Numbered from the whole stretch's first letter, positions 24,830 through 38,870 are shown. The stretch: 60,139 nt of DNA, filler included, from Hausera hauseri (GCA_046269625.1; 11 parts of 11 records of this genome joined end to end with filler, not necessarily neighbours in it), one strand, 5' to 3'. The notes: generated by a model from the sequence alone, not told the origin. Numbers and translations: made by a program.

Positions 24830-25558
24830 GCGATGATGATGATCGCTAATGGAACAAGTGACATTTCCCCAAATCCATCGAACGTCTGTTAAGTTTCCGT
24901 TAATCAGAGTCCCACGACACCTGATGATGATTATATGGGAGACAAACGATGATGATGATTGCTAACAGAACACGCGATGATGATGATGATCACTAATGGA
25001 ACATTTCTCATATACAACTATCAATACAACTCTACAGAGAACATGATGGTCGAAAAAGAAGAAGAAGAAGAAGAAACACGTCCTCAACCACGGCACATGA
25101 TAGTGTTGACTGATGTAACAACAAGAACAAAACAAGCAACATTTCTCCTATACAGCTGTCACTACGAGTCCAACTCTACAGAGAACATGATAAAAATATT
25201 GACTGATGGTCGAAGAAGAAGAAGAAGAAGAAGAAACACGTCCTCAACCAAGGCACATGATATTGTTGACTGAAAGAACAAAACAAGCAACATTCTCCTA
25301 TACAAATGTCACTACAAGTCCAGCTCCGAGCCATCAACCAACTCCCATGATACCTGATGATGATTTTTTGGGCGACCATGCGATGATGATGATTATTAAT
25401 AGAACAAATGATGATGATGAGCACTAATAGAACAACAAAACGCAAAACATGTCCCCAACAATTATGTCCCTATCACTACAAGTCCAACTCTACCAAGGAA
25501 CATGATAAAAATATTGACTGATGGTCAAAGAAGAAGAAGAAGAGGAAGAAGAAAAACA
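24830..25558. repeat. Composite tandem repeats containing (GAA)n and (GAT)n tracts
   Basis: CAACTCTAC..GAACATGAT...GATGGTC.AA(GAA)nAAACAC occurs three times; ACGTCCTCAACCA.GGCACATGATA occurs twice. Confidence 0.85.
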
Positions 25559-26399
25559 NNNNNNNNNNNNNNNNNNNNNNNNNNNNNNNNNNNNNNNNNN
25601 NNTTAATTAATTAANNNNNNNNNNNNNNNNNNNNNNNNNNNNNNNNNNNNNNNNNNNNAAACGATAAAATTTCACGGTAGAAGAAACATCAAATCTAAAT
25701 GATAGATTCTGACAAAAGAACAATCCCGAATACAAATAAATAATTCCGTTTGATCAACTGGAAAATTAATTTTATGTTCTCTTCTATAAAGGTATAGAAT
25801 CCACAAAAGTATAGTTGGAACACTTCCATACACAATATATACACGAGGCTGTTCATTCTGGGTTGAATAATGAACAATGAAAAATCCAATTGCCATGCAC
25901 GAGAAAAGTACACCATTAGAAAATTGCATAAAAGAACTTTTTCGATCTTTGTACTAAATGAATCTTTTGATAGAAAATATCTAAATAACTGACGCTTTCT
26001 TTTTTTGGAGAAAAAAATTCTGCCTAATAATCATAGTTCTAGGAAAATTTTGCATTTCAACCGGTAATTAAAAGACGTAGGAAATGGAAGATTCCGAATT
26101 TGACTTCTTGTCATCCTTCTGCGTAACGAAAGTATTGCGACTTGTAGAAATTTCCGTTTCTTGATCGTTAATATTGAGAAATGGGATGTTTGTTTTGAAA
26201 TCAAAAGAAAGTCAATCAAATGCTGGAATATTTTTCGTTGTGTATCCAATTGGATTTACAGTGATCGTAATGATAAATTTTCAGGTGAAAATTTCCTCAC
26301 CGATCTACTAACCCCTCCAGCGCAACCACCCTTCAGGTACTCTATCACCCACGTGGCAAAAGTAAAGACTATAAAGAAGAAAATTAAACATTGAGTGTC

Positions 26400-29300
26400 A
26401 TTAGAAAAGGAAGGGCTTGTACCTATTCAGTTTTGGTATGCGTCAGACATTGGATTCCATCTATGAACTTCTCCATGCTGTAAGTACTAAATGTCACATG
26501 ACGCGATCTGTTAGATGTTGCTGGTGCTTGTAGAGTTGTTTGAGTGGAAAATTCGGGAGATATTGCTATGTTTTGTGAGGATGTTTTAAGAAGAGGTGAA
26601 CGTGGAGGAAAAACGGATAAATGGAAAAGGTCACACTAAGAGGGCCAGATTGGAAATGAAATCGAATTGTGTGATGAAGGTGAAGTGAGTAGTGAGTTTG
26701 TATACGATGGCGGCAAAATACGTGGTGAAGGAGCGGTGGACTAGGAAGGAGGTGAAAAAATTTGACTGTAATGCAATAGTAATTGCTTCGACGGATAAAA
26801 GACCTCGAGGAAATTGCATGATGCCCGAGGAAAGAGAAGTTAGAGTTGGGATTTGAAACAGTGCTGTTATCCTGGCCATCGTCAAAGAAGAATGCTGGCT
26901 TAAGATTAAAAATGTGTACATTTTGAGGTATATTCTTACGTGAGATAGTAGCGGAATGCGAAGAAAGATTGAGTAGTTTATAAGGGCCAACGTACTGAGG
27001 CCGAAAACCAAAAGGTGACGGATCCTTCAGCCATACAAAATTGGCTGAGTATAAGTCCTCTGGAATATAGAATTTGTCTTTATTTATAAGGCGGCAAAAG
27101 ACGTTTGAGTTTACATCTACAAAGTGGGACTGTGCAGCACGAATAACTTCATATGACGGACTTTTATCGAGATTGGAGAGCTTAAATAGGACACGAATTG
27201 GTGTCCCAAACAGAGCCTCAGATGGTGCACAACCTGTGTTGGTGGATGGCGTGATGCGCCAACCGAGTAGGACAAGAGGAAAAACTGAGATCCAGTTATG
27301 ATTGTTGTTTGCCACGATTTTTAAGATGTTCATGGTACGGTGAAACGTCTCAAGAAGACCATTTGCTTGGGGATGGTACGGCGTTGTATGAAAATGGGCT
27401 ATCTCCAAGTGTTTTACCAGAGATTTAAAGAGATCAGCTTCAAATTGCGGACCCTGCTCCGTTATGATGTGATGCGGTGAACCAAAACGGCTGATCCATA
27501 TTTTGATAAAGGCATCTGCTGCCGAGTCGGTATTGGTTGATCAAAGAGGAACGGCTTCCAGCAAGCGAGAAGCGCAATCCATCATAAATAAGATGTATTG
27601 GTAATTGTTGCCGGATGGCAAAGGACCGACAAAATCCAAATGAACGATGCTAAACGAGACGTACAAGAAAAATGGTTAAGTGGTGGTTTGAGGTGTTTAT
27701 GGACCTTATATTGCTGATATGTTACACATCCCTTAATCCAGATCTGTACATCTGAACACATAGTCGGCCATACACCATGCCGTTGCAGTAAACGGAATGT
27801 GGCTTTTGAACCCGGATGATGAAGAGAGTGAAAGTGAGTGAAAGCTGTCTTTTGTAGCGATGGAGCACGAATGATTTTTTATTAGTCGACTTGGATGTGT
27901 TATAGGCGATTCCATTGATGATCTCAACCAATTTAGCAGCTTGGAGAATATCAGATAATGGCTAATTACTTCTCAAGACTTCAGAGGAGAAAATTGGCTG
28001 AACTGTAATTGAGTAAACCGACCGTGACAGAAAATCTGCTACTAAATTTTCGGTGCCTGAGATATATTTCATGGAAAAACTAAATGTCGACAGGTATGAT
28101 ATTTGTCGTTCTTGTCTGGATGATGGCTGTTTCAACGTCATGATATGAAGTAGAGGCTTTTGGTCGGTTTAGATGATAAATTGACGTGATAGAAACAAAT
28201 GCTTGAAATGCTTTACGGCTAGAACTATATCCAGGGATTCAGGATCGAATGTTGGGTATCAACTTCCTGGTTACATGAGCTTTCGGGAATAAAATTCTAG
28301 CGGCTCGTTGACAACATTGTATATTTGGTGTAATATCGCACAAGTGGCTGTGGTTGAGGCATCAGTAGTTAATATTAGTTCCGCGTTTGGTTTTGGAAAG
28401 CCAGGATTTCAACGGTTTTCAGACCTTCACGAAGGCGATCAAATTAATTTACTAGATCGGGAGTCCAGTGGATCAATTGTCTTTTCTTCCCGGATGAGAG
28501 GTGTGCGAAAGGTGCCGTTAGTTCGGAGCAGTGTGGCACGTATTTGTGTAAGAAATGCAATGTCCTTAGAAATCTCCTCATATCGGTAGTAGTAGTTGGT
28601 AACGTCACATTTTTTTTAATTGTTGTAAGCGATCAGGCTTCGGCGAATGAACTTGGTGAGTAATTATGTGGCCTAAGAAGTTGACGCGTTTCTGGAAGAA
28701 ATTGCATTTGGAAAAATTAATTTGCAGGTTGCTCTGATGCAATCTATGGAAAACAATTCTAAGGTGTTCATGATGTTGTTTGATGGAGGTGGAAGCGACT
28801 AATATGTCATTTATGTGTAGGTGAGCAAAATCTAGTTGTGACATAACGGTGTCAATGTGGCGTTGAAAGGTCTGATATTTGTTGCGTAGGCCGAAAGGCA
28901 TAAAGATGTATTCATAAAGACCAAATGGTGTGATGACCGCAGTTTTAGGAACGTCATCAGTTGTAACAGGAATTTGATGATAGGCCTTGTGCAGATCAAT
29001 GGTAGAATAGGTATTGTTGTTATTGAGGTTATGAAGTGTATCCTTAATGAGCGGTAGTGGATAAGCATCTGTAATAGTCAGGTTGTTTAAATGACGATAG
29101 TCGCCGCATGGCCTATAGGTACCATCTTTCTTTACTTCTACATAAAGAGGAGAACCCCTAGGTGAATTCGATCTCCAAATGATGCCAGATTTTTCAAGTT
29201 AATTGAATTCCTGCTCCACAGCTTTACGTCTGCGTGACGACAAGGGTCTGACCTTTTATTTGATCGGCCTCTGATGTTCTGTTACTATATGATGATAAGT

Positions 29301-31625
29301 CAAGGATGGAGGCTTGAAATTGATGTCCCTCTGAAGTATGTCAAAGCAAGACGTTGTGATGAATGATTTAAGATCGAAGTCTAGAGATAGGAATGGTTGA
29401 GGCATTTTATCAGAAGAAACAGTTGCAGTAATTGACGAAAAAACTGGCATTGTCACTGTCAGGACTCAATTTGGAATTTTGTTTTAATACCGACTTCATC
29501 GAAGGTTTTGTCAACAGTTGACAAAGCGTTCCACATATTTACAGATGAGTGCAATGAATTGCTCGCTAAATTGTTTGCGAGACATTTGACTGGATTTGCG
29601 ATTGAATTCCTTCGCAGCAGACAGCCGTGTTTGCAATCAACCAATAGATCATGTGCAGCAAGAAAATCGGCGCCCATTATGGGATATTTAATATTGGCTA
29701 CGTGGAACCTCCAGACAAACGTATCTGACAAGTTAGCAAATGTGAAAGTCAGTTTCCTGGTTCCTGTAACGTGCAACGGTTGCCCAATGGAAGTGGAGAG
29801 CGGTGGACAGAAAAGTATAGTGGATATAGGAACGAAGAATAAGGGAAGGAGTGAAAAGGCAGCTCCTAAATCTATTAGGAATTCGATATGTGAGGTGTCT
29901 CTGCATAACATTGCAGCTTTTAACAGAATAACTGCAGAGGCGGTGTTCAAATGGCCAGAAGATTGAGCGATATTGCCTACGCCATAATATGCCGTAAAAT
30001 CTGGCGACAATATTAGTTTTTTGAAGGATTTGGAGAAAAGGAAGAAGAAAAAATAGGAAATTTATCTTTGTAGTGTTTACAACCAGCACACATGACCTGG
30101 CTCGTGACTGATATTTGTTGTGGTATATGCAAATAGGGTTGTTCAAAACATCGCTCGCTATAGAATCGACAGCCCAAAAAGCATTTTCTTGCATCCTTTT
30201 GAAAACGCGTGTGATAGAAGCAAGTCATACGTCCGCCAGGTGAAATAGGTCAAGTCGAATGTCTTGAAGTGATTCACTCCTTTGAAGGTCTGGTGTCCTT
30301 CGTCGAGGCCCATTAAAATTGTTTAGTTGGGTAGTAGTGGCCGAAATTGACTGCTGTAACTTGTCAAATTGTTGCTGCATCATTTGCAATTATTAAGTTA
30401 ATAATGTTGTGTCTGTAGTTGGAGCACATATGGTTTCAGCCGAAATTTGGAGAGAATTATTGGTATAGAGAATATCAAAAGATTTGTCAGCCATTATGGC
30501 CACTTTTTCAATAGCAGTTGACTCGTCGACGACGGTGAGCAAGGCTCTGATTGAAGTGGGCAAAGACGAAAATAACGGCGAATTAAATGCGCGTTATTCG
30601 TAGGTGTTACTCTTAATGCGCTAAGCTGCAGAATGGCCGTTTAGAGAAAATCGGATGGCTTTTGGTTTCCCATAGCATTATCGTTAAAGTATTTTCGTAT
30701 AATGTGATCTATCGAGGGATCAGTGATATTGAGTACGGCTTCACAGAGTGTTTCGGATGGTGTCGATGATTGGAGCAGTTCGGAGATCTTACTGGTCTGC
30801 TGCTTGACATTGGCAGGCAGAAGTAGTAAAAGACTAGTGACTCGGACATAGGAGTCGGTGATGTTGTTGGATTTTAGCCACTGTTGGCGGAATTGGCGCC
30901 ATGTTTTGCTGCAGTTGTTTTTATTAAGAAAAAATCCACACAAGGTAGATTTAACGAAGCTCGTGTTTGTTGACAGTTTGGTACACGATAGATATTGTAT
31001 GTATTTGTGGATTTATCATCCGAGAAAGATGGATTTGGGTCCGATCCACCCGAAGTCGGAATTGGAGCATGAGATAGATGATTGGACGTTCGTGGCATGC
31101 GAGACAAAAGGGATTCGGAAAGATGTACAGTGACACTTCGATATGAGATAAAAGTCTGAAGTGTTGAGTGAGGAGTATAAAGTTGTATAAGACCTCACTG
31201 TGGCGTTGAGTGGAGCTCTAATGGTTTTAATGTGTTGATTATTGCTGAAGACCAGGAAAGAAAATTGCAATGAGGTAATCCCAGGGGAACGTTGAAATGC
31301 ACAGGAGGCTTGGGCGTTTACCTTTTGAGTTAAGAGGTTCGAGCGTGCAGCCAGGAAAGTAGTGGCAAATATTAATTGTGATAAGATAATATCCAGTTTT
31401 TGAACTTAAATGCCTTTTTAAATAAAAGTTGGTGTCAGCCACGAAGGATTTGCATGTGCGTAAAAAATGGTCGCACTGGTGGGTGCAAATCAGCAAGAAA
31501 AATCTCACCAACCTGTTTCCGAATGAGGTTGCCATTGGCTTGCGGTACGTCCAATGAATCGTCAGTATGGCATTGTCCAGAAAATTTGTAATTGACGAGA
31601 GCTCCGAATAAGGCTTCTGACACCA
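26400..31625 (-). mobile_element. Degenerate near-full-length Ty3/Gypsy element, CsRn1-like clade (gag-PR-RT-RH-IN)
   Basis: PBS-like TGGTGTCAGAAG 31625-31614; gag ...MGNQKPSDFL; CHCC motif CFYHTRFQKDARKCFLGC; protease FLIDLGAAFSLLP...IMGADFL; RT MPFGLRN..QTFQR, HINDILVAS; integrase TTPYHPQANGLLETFHR and YVGPYKL. Confidence 0.92.
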
Positions 31626-31739
31626 TGGGCAGGTATTTTAATGCAATTGTATAAGATGTCCGCTGATCGAATAATATCTACTTATTCAGCAACAGTTGAG
31701 TTCCGTGGGCGTAATGCTGTTTCTATAACTCAAAGGAGT

Positions 31740-34700
31740 CATATAAAATCACAATATACTGAATTCGTGACCACTGTTTACTGAAGCATTCAATAACGAA
31801 AATATAAAAACAGGATCGTTTTCCAGACTGTCGATGTGGATTAGAGCTATTTTCTAAAACGGACGAACGAGATTTGTTGACAATAGACGAATACATCTGT
31901 GATATGACAGATCGAATTTCTCTGCCTTGGAAATGACCGTTTATCAAATAAGATTTGAACAAGGTCCGTTGCACTAGTTACCTTTTCGATTGTCTCAATA
32001 TCTTCGGATCCAATTGCTGAACATAACAACAGCGTTATTGTGATTCCACTGAAACCATTTGAATGATGATATAACAGTGGATAATTGAGTGTTGTTCGCT
32101 TGAATCCAATTTCGCAAGTTTTATCCAATTTCCGTATTGCAATGGTTACATTTTCAGACTTCGGAATCCAATTCAACCAAACTGCCAATTATTCGATGAA
32201 AAAAATCCGAGAATCCATCGCCATCATCATGAGAATATTTATCGGCAATATCAATCAATACCGATGAGGCAATATTACTTATCGTCAGGATATTGCGAAT
32301 ATTCGATCGGGGAAAACACCCCCATAGTTTGATGGAGAATTGTTGTAAATCAAATGTAATATTCGTGTCATTACAGTTGGCAAACAGAAATCCAAATAAA
32401 TCATGTGATGAACTAAATTCATCGGTTGAATGGGATAAAGATGAGGCGAATTGAAACAGTACCAATTCGAGTTCAGCAATTGATTCTGTAACTAATTTAT
32501 CGATAGTAAGTTTAATAATCGTTATGCGAAATTCAATAAGACTTGATATTGGTAACGTAATTAGCATTTGTATTACATTCTGGCGGGCAAATACCAAATA
32601 ACGTATACTCCATCAATAAACGGAATAATACCACCAAATAGACGACTTTCTCTTTCGAATTGTCGATGGACTTTGTAGCCGAATTACCCGAACATAATGC
32701 TGTTTTAGCTACAGTTCCAAATGCTTTACATGTGCTGCCATTATTGGACGTATTTTCATACAGATTACTATGTTGACAATTTTTTTAATCTGAAAAGCCT
32801 CTGAATGTATTCGCCAATGCAATAAAATTCCAATTATTGAAGAGGAACTGGCGTACATTTCACCACAAAAACTATTGATATCTACTTTTACTTAACGAAA
32901 ACGTTGACAAATGGCGATAGGTCAGTATGAAATAGTTGTTTAAAACGTGTTCCCAAAATGAATTGTGATTCTCCAAAAAAACATCCACATCGACACGTGA
33001 CCATAATTGCCCGGCGAACTAAAAGTTTGACACACATGATTATACTTTAATGAAACGTCTTTAAATCGCATTGAGCATTTAGAACAAAAGTATGATAAAC
33101 CCCCAGAAACAAATAATCCAGCTTCAACAGTTCTAACATGCTATCCGCCTGTTCTCCAGGAAATTGGAATTGTATCAGAAGATCCGAAGGTCGGGACTTT
33201 TGCGCTACGTGGAAATCAAGAGAAAAATTAAACATTTCTTGTAATTCAAAGAAATATAAATCAAAATCCGTACTGAAACCATTCATTATTTCGAGATTTC
33301 CCACGGCAATCCGATTACGCAATCGCGATGAACAGATTGTTAGATGGACACAAAAAGCATATTTGATTGTGAGTATAAGACATTTCACGACCTTTTCATA
33401 AGCAAACGTACACTTGTATCCCAAATGATATAACCAACTAAAAAATCTTTTGAATGTTTGGTGGAATTTGTATTTTCATTAGCATTACACTCAACACATG
33501 AAAAACATTCATAATTTGAGAAAGTCTCATTTGAACATTGTGCTGGCATTAGAGCAGTGAAAAGCCAAAAGAGCGTTGTCATTGGACATGTTGGTAAAGG
33601 TAACTCATCGAAAAGCAACTCGGACACGGGTAAAATGTGATTTATAAACATGTGATTGGGGAAATTTGTTCCACATGGATACTGAAGTTGTGGGGTTTCT
33701 ATAGATTTTTGTCCAGAATCATGGTCCGAAAAGAATTGTTTGTCTTTTACCTTATTAAGGTCCATGGGATTAAAAGTTTAAATAAAATTGTTCAATACCA
33801 TCCACATTTCTTTTCCATTCATTGGACATAGTTTCATATTGCCAATCAGTTGAAGGTCAATATGACAAATCTTGTATAAATCTAAATTTCAAATGTTCTT
33901 TACCAACCGTACCCCGTGTTGGTAAAGTGACCAAATGTAGCTTATGTAACATCGAACAGTACTTTTCATTGATAGAACGCACCGAACACATCAATCTGTA
34001 GAGAAATTTCTTGAACATTTTTAGACAATATAAAATTGCTGAATGAATTTCTTTAGCAATGTCAATGCCGTTGTTGTTCCATTCGTGAGTAATTTTCCAA
34101 ATACTGACAGACAACAAGTACACAATTGTAGCAATACTGTCGACGTTATCGAACTTCATCAAATTTCCCTTCTTGCAAATGTATGTCCGTAAGCATTTCA
34201 CAACCAAAAAAGTACGACCTACAAAGCACTCATCAAAGGAAATCACTAGTTCGTATAAAATAGATAGTTTTGTGTGGGAAAGTTGACAGAAGTCAATGAT
34301 CTGTTGTAAGGAACTGGAGAAGGTAAAATTAATAGGCATAAATGCTTTGTACAATATTTTGTTGATTATAACTTCACAAAACTGATTGAGACTTGATGAG
34401 GTTCAGTAACAAGCTGATGATGACATTCGTCGAGGTCTTACTGAGTAATTTGTTAACCGTCGTACTGGATGTTGTATACATATGGTTCCAGTTAGGGAGG
34501 ACGTTGAATAACCATGGACCTTCATTAAGAATACCAATCAACGTCTCACTGTTGACCTTGGATTGTAATTTGACAAAAGTCGAATAAGTGCAAACAACGA
34601 AAAATGAAGATTTGTCGTACCAGCAACGATTTGAAAACGATGGTCCCACCATTGGTTAACTAAAAATACATCTAGTTTATGCAATACCAATTTCGACGAG

Positions 34701-35990
34701 ACGGGCTTGTTCAGTCGCGAGAATGCGATTCACCAAATTATTACATGAAATGTCGATTATCATAGTTCCTTCTGAATGAGTCATTGTTTCGAATTCTTGT
34801 TGGTGAACAGTGAACCAAAAGTTATTTGTTTGTCGCAACAGAATGACATCAACTTTCAAACTAAATTCCCGCAATGATTTCAAATTAAAAATAATTTCCT
34901 GAATCAGCATATCACACGGAAGTGTCAACGTTAACGAAACGTAATTTTCATGCGGATAAAAGTCATATATCCAGGCGGTATCGGCGAATTTGGTTTTATT
35001 CGTTCTAAATGCCGAACTCTTCGACAGTTGACTCGATAACAATTTCTTCAACAATTGCATATCGCTTCCTTCATTTCCTTGACAGGAAATTTGACCAAAT
35101 GGTGCAACATTCAGTCCAGTGTTACTAGTAAACTCCCCTTTGGCATTAAATGTATCATACTCCGTGCGGATACTGTTACACATCTGGGAAACCGCCAATC
35201 GAAATGCCCCAGTGTGGACTGGAAATGACGGTAATCTAAAGTCCCATATTTGAATAAGGTTATTTAACAAGGAACAGATTGTGCTGTTTGATTTGGGTGT
35301 GAAAATGTGATTCATTGGAAACAGATTAAGAGTCCAGATGATCAAAAAATACAAAGATTTTGGAATGAGTGGAAGGGCTTCTTCGAGAATTTTGAACAGA
35401 CACGTCAAAAAAGCCGGAGACTGCTCGTCAATAACAACAAGAGTCTTTTCATTTAGCAATACGATTTGCCTCCGAATCAAATCCGCTGTGGATGTGGAAT
35501 TGTGATGCAAAGACAGCCGATTTGATATAAGGATAATGTCACTACATTTAGACGTTTCTAATATTCGACTTTCAAACAGCGACAATGACTTTAGCATGTT
35601 CAACACCAACGGTTTTGTAATAACGGACAAAATATCATTGTCACAGCAGAATATTAAGTGACACAGAGTTGAATTCAACATCATTAACAACGATTTCTGA
35701 TTGAAGGAATCACAAAATGAATGGGAAAATACGGCTTCATCAATTTCCAATAAATTTGATTTTAATGAATTAATGAGAACAACGGCCAATTAAACTTTAT
35801 GATTCTTTTCAGACGCATTTGTAGAAAAATCCCATTTATCCAAAATATCATAAAGTAACTCAATAATTGAAATTCGATTAGACACTAACTGAATCAGATT
35901 CTATATCCCACTTCAGACATCATTGTGAGTCCGGAATCATATGAGCAAAGTCCAAATCGCGCAAAGGTGAATCCAGATGATAAGATTCAA
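31740..35990 (-). pseudogene. Fragment of a very large divergent protein, probably BIRC6 (Bruce/Apollon)-like, with many frameshifts and stops
   Basis: ORF 34677-35789 has NVAPFGQISC...TAWIYDFYPHENYVSLTLTLPCDMLIQEI, resembling (from memory) the BIRC6 segment AWSY.F.P.E...DLT..LP...LLKEI; collinear ORF pieces continue to ~31740; no BIR or UBC domain seen. Confidence 0.5.
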
Positions 35991-37044
35991 CCATAACAAC
36001 AATTTATTTGTTTCAAAATTTTTAAGCTTTTACAAAATTAATCAATTCAATTTTATACAATTAAAATATTTTATACTCCCAAAGTAAATATCTTAAATCA
36101 AATATCTTAATGCTGCTGAACATGACGATCAAGTAAGTCATAATACCACCAAATGATAAAATTTCACGGTAGAAGAAACACCAAATCTAAAGCAATCACA
36201 ATAAAATAAAACAAACTATTTATACAAAACAATCAAGCATAATAAGTACATTAAAACTTCCAACAGTTTTAATCCCCTTTTGTGAATCTTAAGGAGAACC
36301 AAAGAACGGATACTATCAACTAAGGCCTCTTTAAAGACATTGAATGTACTAATATGAATATTCATGTAAAAGGAATTTTCCATTCAGGATTTCAAAAAAA
36401 GTACGACCAACAACAGCTGTAACTCATATCATCCAACAACTCAGGATCCTCATAAGTAAAAATCAGTTACAATAAATCAAGATGTTTAACGTATAATAAG
36501 ATAGATACAAAGTTTACTGATGATTAATAATACAAAAGAACCTTTTTCAGTCGAAGCGATTGGAACTTTTAAATATGACATTATTTCGCACTTGTTCGAG
36601 TCTACTTCAACTACGTTTAAAAATTTTCAACTATGACAAAAGTTTCGTTCTTTTCTCGAATATTCGATTTCTAGTATTTCCCTGAGGTCCCGCAGAAATA
36701 ACAATATCCATTTAAGATATTCGGCATATAGTCTGTGGTAACTCATGTACATCGCTAAAATTTTTACATGAGAGCGAATGTAATTGTTAATTAGACGAAT
36801 ATATTTTGGTTTGATAGAACTACCAGAAGACACTATAAATCGAAAATAATAAAACATTTGTACAAGAAAGGGGACGAAATTTTTTCAAAGTCGGAAGAGA
36901 TTTGGACAAGCATGAAATGCTGAAATGCGTTATTTTAGCTTCGTNNNNNNNNNNNNNNNNNNNNNNNNNNNNNNNNNNNNNNNNNNNNTTAATTAATTAA
37001 NNNNNNNNNNNNNNNNNNNNNNNNNNNNNNNNNNNNNNNNNNNN

Positions 37045-37550
37045 GGACTGTAGTCATGTGACTGTATTCCGCCATCTTCAACCAATGGGGAAAGTGCAGA
37101 GGTTCGGCGGTTTTCTCGTTTTAGAATGATAATTTCATCATGAATGACATGAATCGTTCCGGACGACCAGTAAATCTCGACGAGGACCGTTTAAACCAAC
37201 TGATCCAGGAAGACCCTCATCAAACGGCTGTAGAATTGGCTGAGCTGATGGACTGTAGTCATGTGACTGTATTCCGCCATCTTCAACCAATGGGGAAAGT
37301 GCAGAGGTTCGGTGTTTTCATTCCACATATTTTGACTGCAAACAACAAAAATCAACGTTCTACAATTTCTGCTGGTTTCCTTGAGCGTCACCGAACTACC
37401 CATGACCACAAAGAAAGGTTTCTTTACTGCATCATTACAGGTGATGAAAATGATGTCTTTATATAGAACCCGAAGCAGCGGAAAGAATGAGTAAACCGTC
37501 ATCAACAAGCAAAACTCAGAGCAAAACAAGAATTATGATCGATAAATCGA
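37045..37550 (+). mobile_element. Mariner transposase remnant
   Basis: DMNRSGRPV...ELAELMDCSHVTVFRHL..MGKV....IPHILT...FLYCIITGDEN (HTH, WVPHEL-like motif, first catalytic D); 37045-37110 duplicates ~37249-37315. Confidence 0.85.
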
Positions 37551-37599
37551 AAATGAAACATGGTCTTGTAGTATCTAAAGACTAGTAATTCCAAAAATA

Positions 37600-38122
37600 A
37601 GAGGAAAGATTTCATTGGGAAGATACATATGGATCTACACCATCTAGGTATGAAGAAGACAAAACTATATAATCAACATCACTTTGCAGTTTCCGGTTTA
37701 TCAAAAGAAGTAGAAGATGTCATTGGAAAGTGTGAAGAATAATCAAGTCAATCTTGACCGACCTCGGTAAGTTTTTCAAAGAATACGACATTAATCAAAT
37801 ATTTAGCAGTCCGTTTCAACATCAATTTGACGAGTTGGCAAAAAGATTAATCCGAACTGTTCGGGATATGTCGGTAACCAGTGCTGCAGGAACGTTGGGT
37901 AGAGCATGGTAGAAGTCACTACCGGAAATTGAATTTTCGATAAATGCCACAGTACAAAGCACAACGGGACACTCACCGTTTGAAATAGTTTTTAAACGAG
38001 AAATCAACTTGCACGCAGCTGGAGGAGTCACAAGGCAGACAGATAATGGAAAACTGGCACAATATATTACAAGACATATTACAGAAGCAGCTAACAGAAT
38101 AAAAAATTTCGGGGGGGGGGAG
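37600..38122 (+). mobile_element. Ty3/Gypsy integrase remnant ending in a polypurine tract
   Basis: HLGMKKT...VIGKCEE; FSSPFQHQFDELAKRLIRTVRDM; LPEIEFSINATVQSTTGHSPFEIVF; G10-AG tract at 38111-38122 followed by TG. Confidence 0.8.
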
Positions 38123-38379
38123 TGTAACGCCCACATTCACCCAATTAATGATCTGCATGATTGTTGAATATTACAGAACATTTTGTTTTTTTGACCTCTT
38201 CAAATTGAACCTGATCTGTGAATCTAAAAACTTCAGTTGGATAGTTTTCTTTGGATTTTTACTACGGAGTCATTTTCATCCGAGCAATTGAGTTCTGATT
38301 TCGATTTTGAGTTTATTGTTAATACTACAAAATTTGTGATCTAAATCCGATTTTTAATTTGTCGTTATTGCTTCAAAAA

Positions 38380-38870
38380 CCTTGTTTTGGAATTTAAAAG
38401 TCGCATTCGGCGATTAATTGTTACGGCAATGGAAGAAACGAAGAAAACATTGGAGGTTGACGATAGCAAAACAATTGCAGAATTGATTTCACCCGTCTGT
38501 AACAAAATGAGCATAAGCAATCATGAAGAATATTCATTGATTTACGAATTGGACGAAAAAAAATGAAAACCCTAACGTTGAAAAAAGGCGAAAACCAAAT
38601 CAGAGATTTTGAAAAAGATGAATTGTTACTTCGACAAAAATACTTTTTCTCCGATCAAAATGTCGACGCGAAAGATCCGATTCAGTCAAATCTACTCTAT
38701 GCTCAGTTAAAAACGCAATTATCGATGAAATGCATCCCGTCAACATTGACGAAGCAGTCCAACTGGCCGGTATCCAATGTCAATTGGAACTCGGCAAATA
38801 TTCCCCAGACAAACAGAAAACAGTTCATTCGAACATCAAATATTATCTACCAAAAGAATACGTTAAAGTA
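38380..38870 (+). pseudogene. TLN: Talin head (FERM F1-F2) fragment, frameshifted and internally deleted
   Basis: KTLEVDDSKTIAELISPVCNKMSISNHEEYSL, LLLRQKYFFSDQNVDAKDPIQSNLLYAQ, HPVNIDEAVQLAGIQCQLELG and YLPKEYVK match talin F1/F2 (VDDSKTV..ITNHDEYSL; RKFFYSDQNVDSRDPVQLNLLY; FLPKEYVK). Confidence 0.9.

Larger units (their letters stand above)
21613..25558. mobile_element. Probable terminal region of a Maverick/Polinton (AGTAGT end, subterminal tandem repeats, promoters, ZnF gene)
   Basis: AGTAGT at 21613-21618, the canonical Polinton terminus type, followed by a GGCGCA cluster, ~160-bp subterminal repeats and a Polinton-type ZnF gene; the opposite TIR is not present. Confidence 0.55.

Noticed and set aside
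24959-25445. ORFs with poly-E/M/R/F tracts
   Set aside because: Translations of (GAA)n and (GAT)n tandem repeats.
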